A DNA stretch of 64,000 nt from Sedimentisphaerales bacterium (GTDB taxonomy: Bacteria; Planctomycetota; Phycisphaerae; Sedimentisphaerales; SM23-30): NCBI GenBank assembly GCA_963663965.2, contig CAXXFK010000013.1:1-64000 (forward strand). Reading direction: 5' to 3'. The stretch's first letter is position 1, and every line of letters begins with the position of its first letter. The position numbers were made by a program, and so were the translations under genes. The notes below the pieces were generated by a model. That model ran no database searches. It saw only the letters and a list, made by a program, of their open reading frames with translations, and was not told the DNA's origin. Shown here piece by piece: positions 9,362-18,158 of this stretch.

Positions 9362-10014
9362 AGACATTTTACATGAGTAAACAGGCGACTCTTTATGGAC
9401 ACATAGCTATAGGAGAAGGTTCGATTATCGAGGCGGGCGTAGTCTTGGGACATCCTTCATCTCAAAGTGTGCTAAGAAATAAAAAAGAAATAAACACTAT
9501 AGGTGATGTGGACAAATTTTATTCAGCCATATCTAAAATGGGAGTTATTATTGGTAAAAACTCAATTGTGCGCTCTGGGACTATTATTTATGAGGGTGCC
9601 GTTATTGGTGATGATTTTGAGTGTGGACATAATGTACTTATTAGAGAAAATGTTTCTATTGGAAATGATGTATATTTGAAATCATATGCTGAAGTAATGA
9701 AGAATGTCAAAATTGGATCAAGCTGTCGTATTGCGGGAACAGTCGCTGACAATACCATTATTGGAAATAATGTTTCTTCATTTGGTTTTTTGACACACAA
9801 ATATGCAAAACACTATACACCTGAAATGGCAAAAATTCCTGGTCCAGTAATAAGAGATGGCTGTATCATTGGTAGGAATGCAGTTGTAATAGGTGACGGG
9901 GTAGTTCTAGCTGAGAATACTACTGTTGGTGCGAATACATTTGTTAATTACTCGACCAAAGAGAATTCCGTTATAATCGGTTTTAAAGGCATTGAAGTGA
10001 CAAAAAAGTTATAG
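9358..10014 (+). CDS. Hexapeptide-repeat (left-handed beta-helix) acetyltransferase
   Basis: Repeated [IV]Gxxxx hexapeptides (IGKNSIVRSGTII...IGDDFECGHNVLIRENVSIG). ATGA overlap with the upstream stop. Confidence 0.88.
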   Translation: MKTFYMSKQATLYGHIAIGEGSIIEAGVVLGHPSSQSVLRNKKEINTIGDVDKFYSAISKMGVIIGKNSIVRSGTIIYEGAVIGDDFECGHNVLIRENVSIGNDVYLKSYAEVMKNVKIGSSCRIAGTVADNTIIGNNVSSFGFLTHKYAKHYTPEMAKIPGPVIRDGCIIGRNAVVIGDGVVLAENTTVGANTFVNYSTKENSVIIGFKGIEVTKKL

Positions 10015-10162
10015 TCGATCAGGTGTATTAAAGAGGTCATTTAGTCTGAAATTATCTCTCACCAAACAGAACAATTGCATGAAATTATTTGAGGGAATAG
10101 TATGTTACGAACGATTTTACGGTTACATTCCATTTCTTAGAAAAGGATGGAAGACTGAAGCA

Positions 10163-10223
10163 CCATAACCAAGGGCTCTATGTCACATCGCTGGCGCGGC
10201 GGGCGTTGGCCCTATCATTCTGC
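10163..10223 (+). other. Possible degenerate integron attC site
   Basis: CCATAAC (inverse-core-like), an AGGGC/GCCCT stem, then ATTCTGC (core-like, one mismatch) just before the ATG at 10231. Confidence 0.3.
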
Positions 10224-10230
10224 AAAAAAA

Positions 10231-10716
10231 ATGAAAATTACCCCCAGAGACAAAAAGACTGCATCAATCATTCTCCTTTTCAGTGGCACCTTCATCTTTA
10301 TTGCTGGCAGCATTTCGCTTTGCGCTCCCTTTCTGCAAGGTGAGTATTGGCTACTTATTGTTTGCGGCCCATTTGCGCTTATCGCATGGTGGTTAAGCCG
10401 CATGTTATTGGGAACATATCTCAATTCAGCATTTTCGACTACGGAAGTTGACCACGAAGGAGATCGACTCAGGGTAAGTAACCGACCCTTCGGGCGATCC
10501 TTTGAGATTGCCTACTCGGATATTCGAACATGCAGGATCACCGACATCGTTAATCCCAAAGCGTGTTTGGAGATACTTCTCGTCGATCGGGCGCACAGGA
10601 CTTATCAAGTCTGTGCTTTTCGCGAAACGTCCACTCAAATAGAACAGCTTTACACCATAATCATAACAAAGGTAAAACAAGCGGATGCAGGCAGTTGGCA
10701 TCCCACCAGTGACTGA
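10231..10716 (+). CDS. Hypothetical membrane protein (two TM helices plus PH-like soluble domain)
   Basis: Two hydrophobic segments followed by a beta-rich region. ATG 10231 is preferred over 10180. Confidence 0.6.
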   Translation: MKITPRDKKTASIILLFSGTFIFIAGSISLCAPFLQGEYWLLIVCGPFALIAWWLSRMLLGTYLNSAFSTTEVDHEGDRLRVSNRPFGRSFEIAYSDIRTCRITDIVNPKACLEILLVDRAHRTYQVCAFRETSTQIEQLYTIIITKVKQADAGSWHPTSD

Positions 10717-10819
10717 TCCTTAACTTAGGACAGATGAAAGAACATCAACCCTTTACCAAGCGACGCCTCAAATAAAGAGCTCATCTCTCTAATTGATCAA
10801 TGGACCGCGCTGATGGAAG

Positions 10820-10855
10820 CCGAAGAAGAATGAAACTGAGGAAAGTGATGCATAA
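10820..10855 (+). repeat. 36-bp diverged copy of the RAYT gene 3' end
   Basis: 31/36 identical to 11591-11626; encodes PKKNETEESDA*. Confidence 0.8.
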
Positions 10856-10897
10856 GGGGAAACAAGGGGGAAACAAGGGACAGTCAACATTATATGG

Positions 10898-10926
10898 TTG
10901 ACCGGTTTAGTGAAACGGGGTAATAT
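10898..10926 (+). promoter_or_regulatory. Putative sigma70 promoter giving a near-leaderless RAYT transcript
   Basis: TTGACC-17 bp-TAATAT ending 9 bp before ATG 10936. No clear Shine-Dalgarno sequence. Confidence 0.45.
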
Positions 10927-10935
10927 TCGGGTATT

Positions 10936-11626
10936 ATGCCAAGAGTTGCACGGATAGTCGTACCGGATGTTCCGCATCATATTACGCAGCGGGGCAATAA
11001 CCGTCAGGATGTGTTTTTTACGGATGATGACCGGCGGTTGTATCTGGGATTGCTGCGGGAGCAGGCGGAGACGTATGGCCTGGAAGTGCTGGGTTGGTGT
11101 CTGATGACCAACCATGTGCATCTGATCGCGCGGCCGCGGACGGAGGAGGCGCTGGCCAAAGCGCTGGGCCGGACCCATTTTCTGTATACGCAGACGGTGA
11201 ACCGGTGGCATGGCCGCAGCGGGCATTTGTGGCAGAACCGGTTCTTTTCGTGTCCGCTGGGGCGTGAGCATTTCTGGCAGGCGCTGCGCTATGTGGAGCA
11301 GAACCCGGTGCGGGCGAAGCTGGCGCGGCGGGCGTGGGCGTATGAATGGTCGAGCGCGGCGGCGCATGTCGGCGGCGAGGACAAGACCGGCCTGCTGAAC
11401 CTGGGCGAATGGAAACGGAACTCATCCCGGATCGACTGGCGTGTGCAGTTGACCCGCAAGCTGCCGGCGGAGCTTATGGAACAGGTGCGGTTGAATACCC
11501 ATACCGGCCGGCCGCTGGCAGGCGATGCCTTTATCAGCAAACTGGAAAACCGCTTAAACAAACGGCTGCGGCCGCTGCCGATTGGGGAGACCGAAGAAGA
11601 ATGAAAGTGAGGAAGGTGGAACATAA
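10936..11626 (+). CDS. REP-associated tyrosine transposase (RAYT, Y1 HUH family)
   Basis: HHITQRGNNRQDVF, HUH motif CLMTNHVHL, catalytic Tyr in RYVEQNPVRA. Removing one G from the G run at ~11584-11587 gives a typical ...GRPKKNESEEGGT* end at 11626. As given, the ORF stops at 11604. Confidence 0.88.
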
Positions 11627-11642
11627 AACGGTGACTGTCCCT

Positions 11643-11691
11643 AATGGCGGTAGATTAAGCGGCATGGGCATTTCTCCATTGTTCTCTGGTT
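11643..11691 (-). mobile_element. IS4 right-end fragment (49 bp)
   Basis: Exact reverse complement of 15294-15342; begins AATGGCGGTAGATTAAG. Confidence 0.7.
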
Positions 11692-11859
11692 TTCCTGGTT
11701 TTCCCGGCCTGTGTTTTCAAGATCTGTTTCAGTTTTATCTTTTCTTTTTTTACTTATAGGTGTTAAATTGATGCCTGAGCAAAAGGATTTTCGGGGATCA
11801 GATAACCTGACCAGAATTCCTTAAATATTTAAAACAGTTTTTCTTCGCGAGGTTGACTT

Positions 11860-13860
11860 ATGAAGACGCTAGCGGCAAGTACTATTTTTTTATTTCTGAT
11901 GTTCGGGTTTATGTCAGGGCATTGGTGAAGGGCAGGTTTCTCCCGGTATTGAGCAGTTGTACCGTCTTGACCTTTTACCGCGTTTCAGTAATGCGATTCG
12001 TATCGGATCTTTTTCGAGTTATGACAGGACAGGCGGGAACAATGACGGGTTTTCCGGGGAGTATTCATATATTCGAAAAGAACCGGCAGGTCTGGTTCTT
12101 GCAGAGATAGATGGCCCCCGGCGTTATCTATCGCATCTGGACTCCGACCCCCACCGATGATATCATGGACTTTTATTTAGACGGTGAATCCCAACCAAGA
12201 ATCAGTATTAAGTTCCGCGAACTTTTCACAGGGACTGTCTTTCCTTTTGTTCGGCCGGTCGTCGGCTATGGAGCGGGGGGGATTTTATTCTTACCTGCCT
12301 GTACCTTTTAAAAAATCCTGCAAGGTACTTATCAGAGCGGAACGTATTCAGTTCTACCAGATCAATTATGCTGTTTATCCCGGCAGTACGCCGTTAGAAA
12401 CATATTCAGATCAACCTTCCAAGGAGTTTCTTGCGGGGCTGGATAAGGCCAAGGCGCTATTCTCTGCCACGGGGTCGGATATCTCATCTTACACAGCCGG
12501 GCCGGGTGTGAATGTTGAAACCATCACGAAAGATATTGTACTGGCACCGTCCGACAGCATGACCGTATGCAGCATAGATCGTCCCGGCAGGATAGCAGGG
12601 CTTTCGTTTTTCACCAGGCGGCTGTTTCAGAGGCAAGGACCGCGGGATTATACTCAAGGTCTTTTTTGACGATGACAAGCAACCGGCCATCCTCAGCCCG
12701 GCCGGAGACTTTTTCGGATATGCCTGGGGAACGCCCGCGATGAAATCGCTGTTGGCAGGGACCGGCGATGACGCCGATTATTGTTACTTTCCCATGCCGT
12801 TCGAGAAGTCGGCAAGGATCGAACTGGTATCGCAGCGAACCGGCGGACCTGCGCTCAAGGCCAAAGCCGAAGTTATGTATTCGAACATGCCCAGGAAGCA
12901 AAACGAAGGGGGATTCTATGCGTTGTGGAGACGAGAAAATCCGACGACAAAAGGCACGCCCTATACCTTTATCGAGACAAAGGGCAAGGGGGCGATTGTC
13001 GGCTGTTGTCCAGCAATCCCAGGCGTTCGAGTCAGGCAAGTACGTATTTTTTCGAGGGTGACGATCAAACGACTATTGATCGGCAAGCTCGTCATTCATG
13101 GAACAGGGCTCGGAAGATTTCTATAACGGAGGATGGTATGATGTGCCGGGCAGGTGGGAGAGCTTAAAATCTTTTCCCTTGAGCGGATGTGTGGGCTATT
13201 ACAAAAACCTCGGGCGGACAGGCGGATAACCGGTTCATGCTGGGCGATGCATACGGTTTATAACAAAAGCATCCTGCAAACTATCGAACATGCGCCGGAG
13301 GAAAACAACCGGACCAACGATTATTGCTCGGTGACATATCTATATTCAAAAGATCGCCCGACCTGCAATTTTTCCATCGGCCCGATAGAAGACCGGAAGG
13401 TGATAGACCTTGAGCGAATTGTCTTTGCGACCTGGTGGGGGGATCCCCATCTATGCCTTTTCATTTCAGAATGCCACGCTGACGAAGAACGGCGAGACAT
13501 TCGACGGCAGCTGACCAGCGTTTTCTTTCGTACAGCGCCAAGCCGAACGATTGGTTCGGCCATCCCTTTATCGCCTTTGTATGTCAGCTTCCGGCAAAAG
13601 GCAAATACCGCGTAAGTATAGACGCCATAAAAAGGACCGGGCCAGGGACGAGTCCGGTTATTCGTGGATGAAGTCCCGGTCGGCAATGAAGCAGATCTGT
13701 ACAGCGCCGAGAGAATAAAAACTACGGGTATCGAGCTGGCAGACCTGGACCTTGTCGAGGGGCCTAATGTTTTACTTTTTAAACTGACCGGAAAAAACGA
13801 GAAATCCACGGGCTTGGGTCTGGACCTGATTTAACATTGTCTGCGAGAGGCTTAAAATAG
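11860..13860 (+). pseudogene. DUF2961/GH172-family protein, multiply frameshifted
   Basis: In-order fragments in changing frames: signal peptide, [51 protein letters not shown]. May be an assembly error. Confidence 0.75.
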
Positions 13861-14115
13861 CGTATTGCGCATGATTCCATGAATAAGAATACCATGTCAT
13901 TGCTGGTTTCAGCATGTCCGCCCGGCAATTTGGCTTTGGCGACAAGCGACATTGACAGTCAGCCAAGAAAAGCCGGTTCGTCAGATGTGGGCGCGGATGA
14001 AATGTCTGTTGATAAAGACGGAGCATCCGACAACGGCAAGTAGATGGGTAACTTGTTTGCCCATGCAGCAGCTGGGTGCGAACGGGCATAGCAAAATTTG
14101 CTCTCTAGTCCTAAT

Positions 14116-14147
14116 TAAGGGCGTCTCGAATTTTAGAGATACCCTTA
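14116..14147. repeat. Hairpin resembling two fused MITE termini
   Basis: TAAGGGCGTCTCGAA / TTAGAGATACCCTTA (12/15 complementary), similar to the TIRs at 17812-17971. Confidence 0.5.
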
Positions 14148-14171
14148 TTAGAGGCCTGCTTAGCAGAAAAC

Positions 14172-14229
14172 CGGTGACTGTCCCTAATTTACTCTAATTT
14201 ACTAATTTACTGTTCCTAATTTAATTACT
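14172..14229 (+). repeat. REP-like GTGACTGTCCC motif with tandem CTAATTTAC tail
   Basis: CGGTGACTGTCCC followed by 3-4 copies of CTAATTTA(C). Confidence 0.7.
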
Positions 14230-14246
14230 CTTATCTGGAGAAGTTG

Positions 14247-15161
14247 ATGAAATCTGTGATGCTGATTCTGATGGCTGTGATTCTGTCCGTTAACGCTCAA
14301 GCTGCCCAACTGGGGGTTTATAAGAGCGACAACCAGCGCGACGATATGTGGATTATTCACAACAACAATCAGGTTCTGACCTGTTATCGCTTTGGGCCGG
14401 GCCAGAAATATCCCTATTTTTTTCCTGTGAATGCCCCGCAGAGTGGCCTGTCCGTGACTACGGACGCCAGTTTGCCTTATCCGCATCATCGTTCCCTCTG
14501 GTTTGGCTGCGATAAAGTCAATGGCTGCAATTTCTGGCAAGAGCCGAACGATCGAGGCCAGATTATCTCTCAGGGGCCCAAGGTGATTGCGGACACGCCC
14601 GATATGATTCATCTGCACGATAGCTGCCTGTGGACGCCCTATGAAAAACCAGCCATTATGAAAGATGAACGCGATATCGTGGTCACCATGGCATCCGATA
14701 CGCAATGGACGATGGACTTTACCATCACGCTGACCCCGCTGGTGGATATAGATATCGGCAAGACCAACCACTCCCTCTTTGCGGCCCGCATGCATCCAAC
14801 CCTATCGGTGAATCAGGGCGGCAAGTTAGTGAACTCGGCCGGCCAGGTGAATGAACAGGGAACCGCCGGCCAGGAAGCTGCCTGGTGCCATTACAGCGGC
14901 ATGAGATGCGGCACAACTGAAGGCCTGGCGATCATCGATCACCCTGACAATATCTGGTATCCCAGCAAGTGGTTTACCCGTAACTATGGTTTTGTTTCTC
15001 CGACCAACCTGAATTTCACCCAGGATGGATTCTCGTTGAAAAAGGGGGAGACATTGACATTGAAATATCAGGTGGTTGTCCACTCCGGCGACTTCGATGT
15101 TGACGAGCATCTTTCCAAAGAGAAAATCAAAGCCGAAGAGAAAAAGGAGGATGCGAAATAA
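14247..15161 (+). CDS. PmoA-like (DUF6807) family secreted protein
   Basis: Signal peptide, KYPYFFPV, PHHRSLWF, IIDHPDN and WFTRNYG motifs. Confidence 0.75.
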   Translation: MKSVMLILMAVILSVNAQAAQLGVYKSDNQRDDMWIIHNNNQVLTCYRFGPGQKYPYFFPVNAPQSGLSVTTDASLPYPHHRSLWFGCDKVNGCNFWQEPNDRGQIISQGPKVIADTPDMIHLHDSCLWTPYEKPAIMKDERDIVVTMASDTQWTMDFTITLTPLVDIDIGKTNHSLFAARMHPTLSVNQGGKLVNSAGQVNEQGTAGQEAAWCHYSGMRCGTTEGLAIIDHPDNIWYPSKWFTRNYGFVSPTNLNFTQDGFSLKKGETLTLKYQVVVHSGDFDVDEHLSKEKIKAEEKKEDAK

Positions 15162-15249
15162 AGCCTGTAAAAACCTAAGGCGGATGAACCGCAAACAATT
15201 TAAGAGAAATTAATGGTGTCAGAATGGTGTCAGGAACATTTAAATTCTC

Positions 15250-15343
15250 CGAGCCATTACGCATGAAACCAAATCGTATCCCAGCTTAAAAGGAACCAGA
15301 GAACAATGGAGAAATGCCCATGCCGCTTAATCTACCGCCATTC
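15250..15343 (+). pseudogene. IS4 transposase C-terminal fragment plus right terminal repeat
   Basis: Reads RAITHETKSYPSLKGTREQWRNAHAA*, with the stop inside CTTAATCTACCGCCATTC (16/18 identical to the IR at 3848-3865). Bracketed by GGTGTCAGGAA / TTCCTGACCCC. Confidence 0.6.
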
Positions 15344-15424
15344 ATTCCTGACCCCTTTAAATTCTCTTTCAGGCATAGCGGATACGTATTCCTTATGCAA
15401 CAATATGATGATATTATCAGTTAT

Positions 15425-17776
15425 TTACTTTGGAAGATCATCCAGTTTTTGAATGACTTGTCTGGCTTTTGTGGAGGCGTCGGGTTCATCGGGTATCTGG
15501 GGTGGAGCGGGAATATGGCCGGTGAGGGTGTCTCCCTGGTTGAGCGTGATAACATAATTGGGTCCGACTTTGCGTACCTGCCGGTTGAATTGGGGTGTGG
15601 CGGGGCCGAAGTTGTCGCGCAGGCGTAATTCGCCGGTGCAAGTGGCCTGGATGCTGAATTGGGTGGTGGCATTGTTTTGCCGGGTCGCGGAAACCAGGAA
15701 TCCACCTTCGGCGTGCAGGTTGTGGAAACTGGCATTATGCCATGCCCAGGGCATGGCCGGGAACAGGCGGATTACGGGAGTGGGATCTTTCAGGATATTC
15801 ACCGGCCAGCTTTGCAGGACCATGTCATGGACGGCCTCCATGGCCAGAAAGTTGCCTTCCAGGGTGAAGGGGCGATAGGTGAATCCAGACAGGCCGGCCT
15901 TGAGCTGATCGCCGTTGCAGTGGAATCCATTGCGCAGGATGAAGGCGTGTTCATAGGTGGCCAGATATTGATATGCTTTCTCCGGCATGCCCGCGCGCGC
16001 GAGCAGGGAAGCGAACCAGGAGAAGCTGTATCCCGTCCAGGCTTGCGTTCCCAATTCATCCATTTTGTTCAGGGACGCGGTAATGATCTGGCGATCGTGG
16101 TCGCTGCCGTCGATATTCAGGGTGGCAAACGGATGAATGGCCATGACGTGAGCGTGATGCCGATGGGACTGGTTGAACGGTTCATCCGGACTGAACATTA
16201 ATACGTTGTCGGCATCGATGGCCAGATCATCCAGACGTTCCCGTAACGCACGCCATTTTTTGGCCTCATCCGGCCGGTCCAGCGCGGTGGTTATTTCCGC
16301 CATGGCTTCGAAGGCCCAGATCAGCATGGCCAGGTCCTGATTGGAGTTGGGGGTCAGGTAGGCTTTGGGGGAATTGTTATGGATTTCGGATGAACTGGAT
16401 AGTTCGAAATAGAGCTTGCCATCTTTATCAACCAGTAACTGGACGATAGTGCAAATGATTTCATTCAGCCATGGATAAGCGCGTTCGCGCAGGAAGGTAG
16501 GGTCCATGGTGTGCTTCCAGTGCAGGTAGAAACTCTGGCCAATCCAGATCGCGTAACTGGGCGAGAGCGCGTACTGGGGCCAGCCACCGAGCGGCTTGCC
16601 GTTCAGTGACATCACAGCCGGGATTGCGGCCCCTTCAACGCCGAAAAAGTCCCGCGCGAAGCTGCGGTATTGCGGCAGCAGGTCCCACATGTGGTTCAGG
16701 AAGCTCAAACCGGCATCGGTCAGACCGGCTGTGTGATAAGCCAGATAGGTCATCTGGGTGTTCAGGTCGTGATGGAAATCGCCTTTCCAGGGTGGCAGCC
16801 CGCCAGAGTCCTGGGTCCAGACAGCCTGTAAGGGCATCGAAGGGGCATCCGGCCGGGAGGCGGCGCCATAGAAATACTTGACCAGGTTGTAATGGCGCTG
16901 GATCCGCTCATCTGGAATGACAAGGTCTGAAATATTCCAGAACCGGTTCCACCATTGTAAATGCGTTGTAAGCGCCTGATCAAATCCGATGTTCAGGATG
17001 CGCTGTACCCGCCGGCGGGCCAGGGCCAGGGCGTCCGGTTCGTCCGGATCTTCCTGGTTGGTCGCAATGGCAATGCCTACCAGGGTCTGGTTATTGATGA
17101 CCCTGGTTGCGGTCAGCGTGGCGTAAACCAGGCCATCGGCAGCCTGTTGGACCATCCAGCTCATTCCTTCGGCCTGGCCGAACTCGGCGGGTGGATACTT
17201 GAGTTTGTTGAGGCCGTCAGGGCGCTTAAAGGCGCAGGTGATCGCGGGATCAGCGATCCGCATTAAAGCGACCCGCTCGGTGGCAGGAAAAAAACATTGC
17301 AGGTTGCTGCCATTGTCAAATTGCGCGGTACCCAGCGCCTGTTTCATATCCAGAGAAAAGGTTTGAACGTGCCTGTCCGGGCTGAGGGTGAGCGTGAGCC
17401 GGCCGCCCGGGAGTTTGGTGGGAGCGGGCTGGTTATAGATCCGGTCGTAGCGGCGGCCGAATTCACCCCAGTTATCCTTGATCAGCTGTTTCATATTGGC
17501 ATAGTTCCAGTTACCCTCCAGGATTTCGGGCGGGGTGGTTTCATCCCAGAGGTCACCCCGGTCCAGAGAGAGATGGATGGTATTCTTTTCACCCCACAAC
17601 AAGCCACCGAGCATACCGTTGCCCAGGGGGATGGCTTCATCCCAGCGGAGGATGGGAGCGGCCAGTTTTAGCGTGAAAGTGTCACTATCAGCCGAGGCAG
17701 TCTGGACAACTTGCGAAGAGATCATGAGTAGCGCCAGAGTGAATCCTATGGCGTGTGTTAAGTGTGTGTGTCTCAT
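15425..17776 (-). CDS. GH95 alpha-L-fucosidase-like glycoside hydrolase
   Basis: Signal peptide, WDEAIPLGNG, WKGDFHHDLNTQMTY, HRHHAH and FTLEGNF motifs. Confidence 0.88.
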   Translation of the reverse strand: MRHTHLTHAIGFTLALLMISSQVVQTASADSDTFTLKLAAPILRWDEAIPLGNGMLGGLLWGEKNTIHLSLDRGDLWDETTPPEILEGNWNYANMKQLIKDNWGEFGRRYDRIYNQPAPTKLPGGRLTLTLSPDRHVQTFSLDMKQALGTAQFDNGSNLQCFFPATERVALMRIADPAITCAFKRPDGLNKLKYPPAEFGQAEGMSWMVQQAADGLVYATLTATRVINNQTLVGIAIATNQEDPDEPDALALARRRVQRILNIGFDQALTTHLQWWNRFWNISDLVIPDERIQRHYNLVKYFYGAASRPDAPSMPLQAVWTQDSGGLPPWKGDFHHDLNTQMTYLAYHTAGLTDAGLSFLNHMWDLLPQYRSFARDFFGVEGAAIPAVMSLNGKPLGGWPQYALSPSYAIWIGQSFYLHWKHTMDPTFLRERAYPWLNEIICTIVQLLVDKDGKLYFELSSSSEIHNNSPKAYLTPNSNQDLAMLIWAFEAMAEITTALDRPDEAKKWRALRERLDDLAIDADNVLMFSPDEPFNQSHRHHAHVMAIHPFATLNIDGSDHDRQIITASLNKMDELGTQAWTGYSFSWFASLLARAGMPEKAYQYLATYEHAFILRNGFHCNGDQLKAGLSGFTYRPFTLEGNFLAMEAVHDMVLQSWPVNILKDPTPVIRLFPAMPWAWHNASFHNLHAEGGFLVSATRQNNATTQFSIQATCTGELRLRDNFGPATPQFNRQVRKVGPNYVITLNQGDTLTGHIPAPPQIPDEPDASTKARQVIQKLDDLPK

Positions 17777-17811
17777 TGATCCGGTTTCCTTTTTGAGCGG
17801 TTAAAACATTA

Positions 17812-17971
17812 GGGAACCTCTAATAATTCATTCAGGGCTGCAAGCGGTCTGATTTTCCTCTGGTCTGCGTCATAAAAACCGTGAATATTGACGAATATGC
17901 CCGGTTCTTTGTTCCTTGCCAGAGAAAAACCATCCTCGCTTTCGCCTCTAAAGCAATTTTTAGAGGTACCC
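17812..17971. mobile_element. 160-bp MITE with 17-bp TIRs and ATTA target duplication
   Basis: GGGAACCTCTAATAATT versus reverse complement GGGTACCTCTAAAAATT (15/17). ATTA at 17808-17811 and 17972-17975. Confidence 0.8.
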
Positions 17972-18158
17972 ATTATTCAATTTTTAATTTGAAAATAAGG
18001 CATTATCTTTTGGATATTGTCGTTTATATCATAAATATTGCGGATAGGCGACCAGTAAAATATTTTATACCCATCGGCATAAAAATTCCTGACCGCTCGA
18101 ATTTTAGTATTGTGGTATCAAAGAATATTAATCCCTCTATGTATCCGGAGAGAATGTT

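Larger units (their letters stand above)
10877..11641 (+). mobile_element. RAYT locus bounded by inverted REP-like motifs
   Basis: GGGACAGTCA at 10877-10886 and TGACTGTCCC at 11632-11641 flank the gene. Confidence 0.75.

Noticed and set aside
11860..13860. Programmed frameshifting or phase variation
   Set aside because: Too many scattered indels, several not in long homopolymers or slippery sites.
14244..15161. Particulate methane monooxygenase implied by the 'PmoA' family name
   Set aside because: A soluble secreted protein with no multi-TM topology and no pmoB/pmoC, in a carbohydrate-degradation context.
11643..15342. Composite or non-autonomous transposon carrying the DUF2961 and PmoA-like genes, bounded by perfect 49-bp inverted repeats
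   Set aside because: Both repeats are the same (right) IS4 end, no target duplication flanks the pair, and each is separately embedded in a REP-like motif. Independent remnants is the simpler explanation, though co-mobilisation is not excluded.
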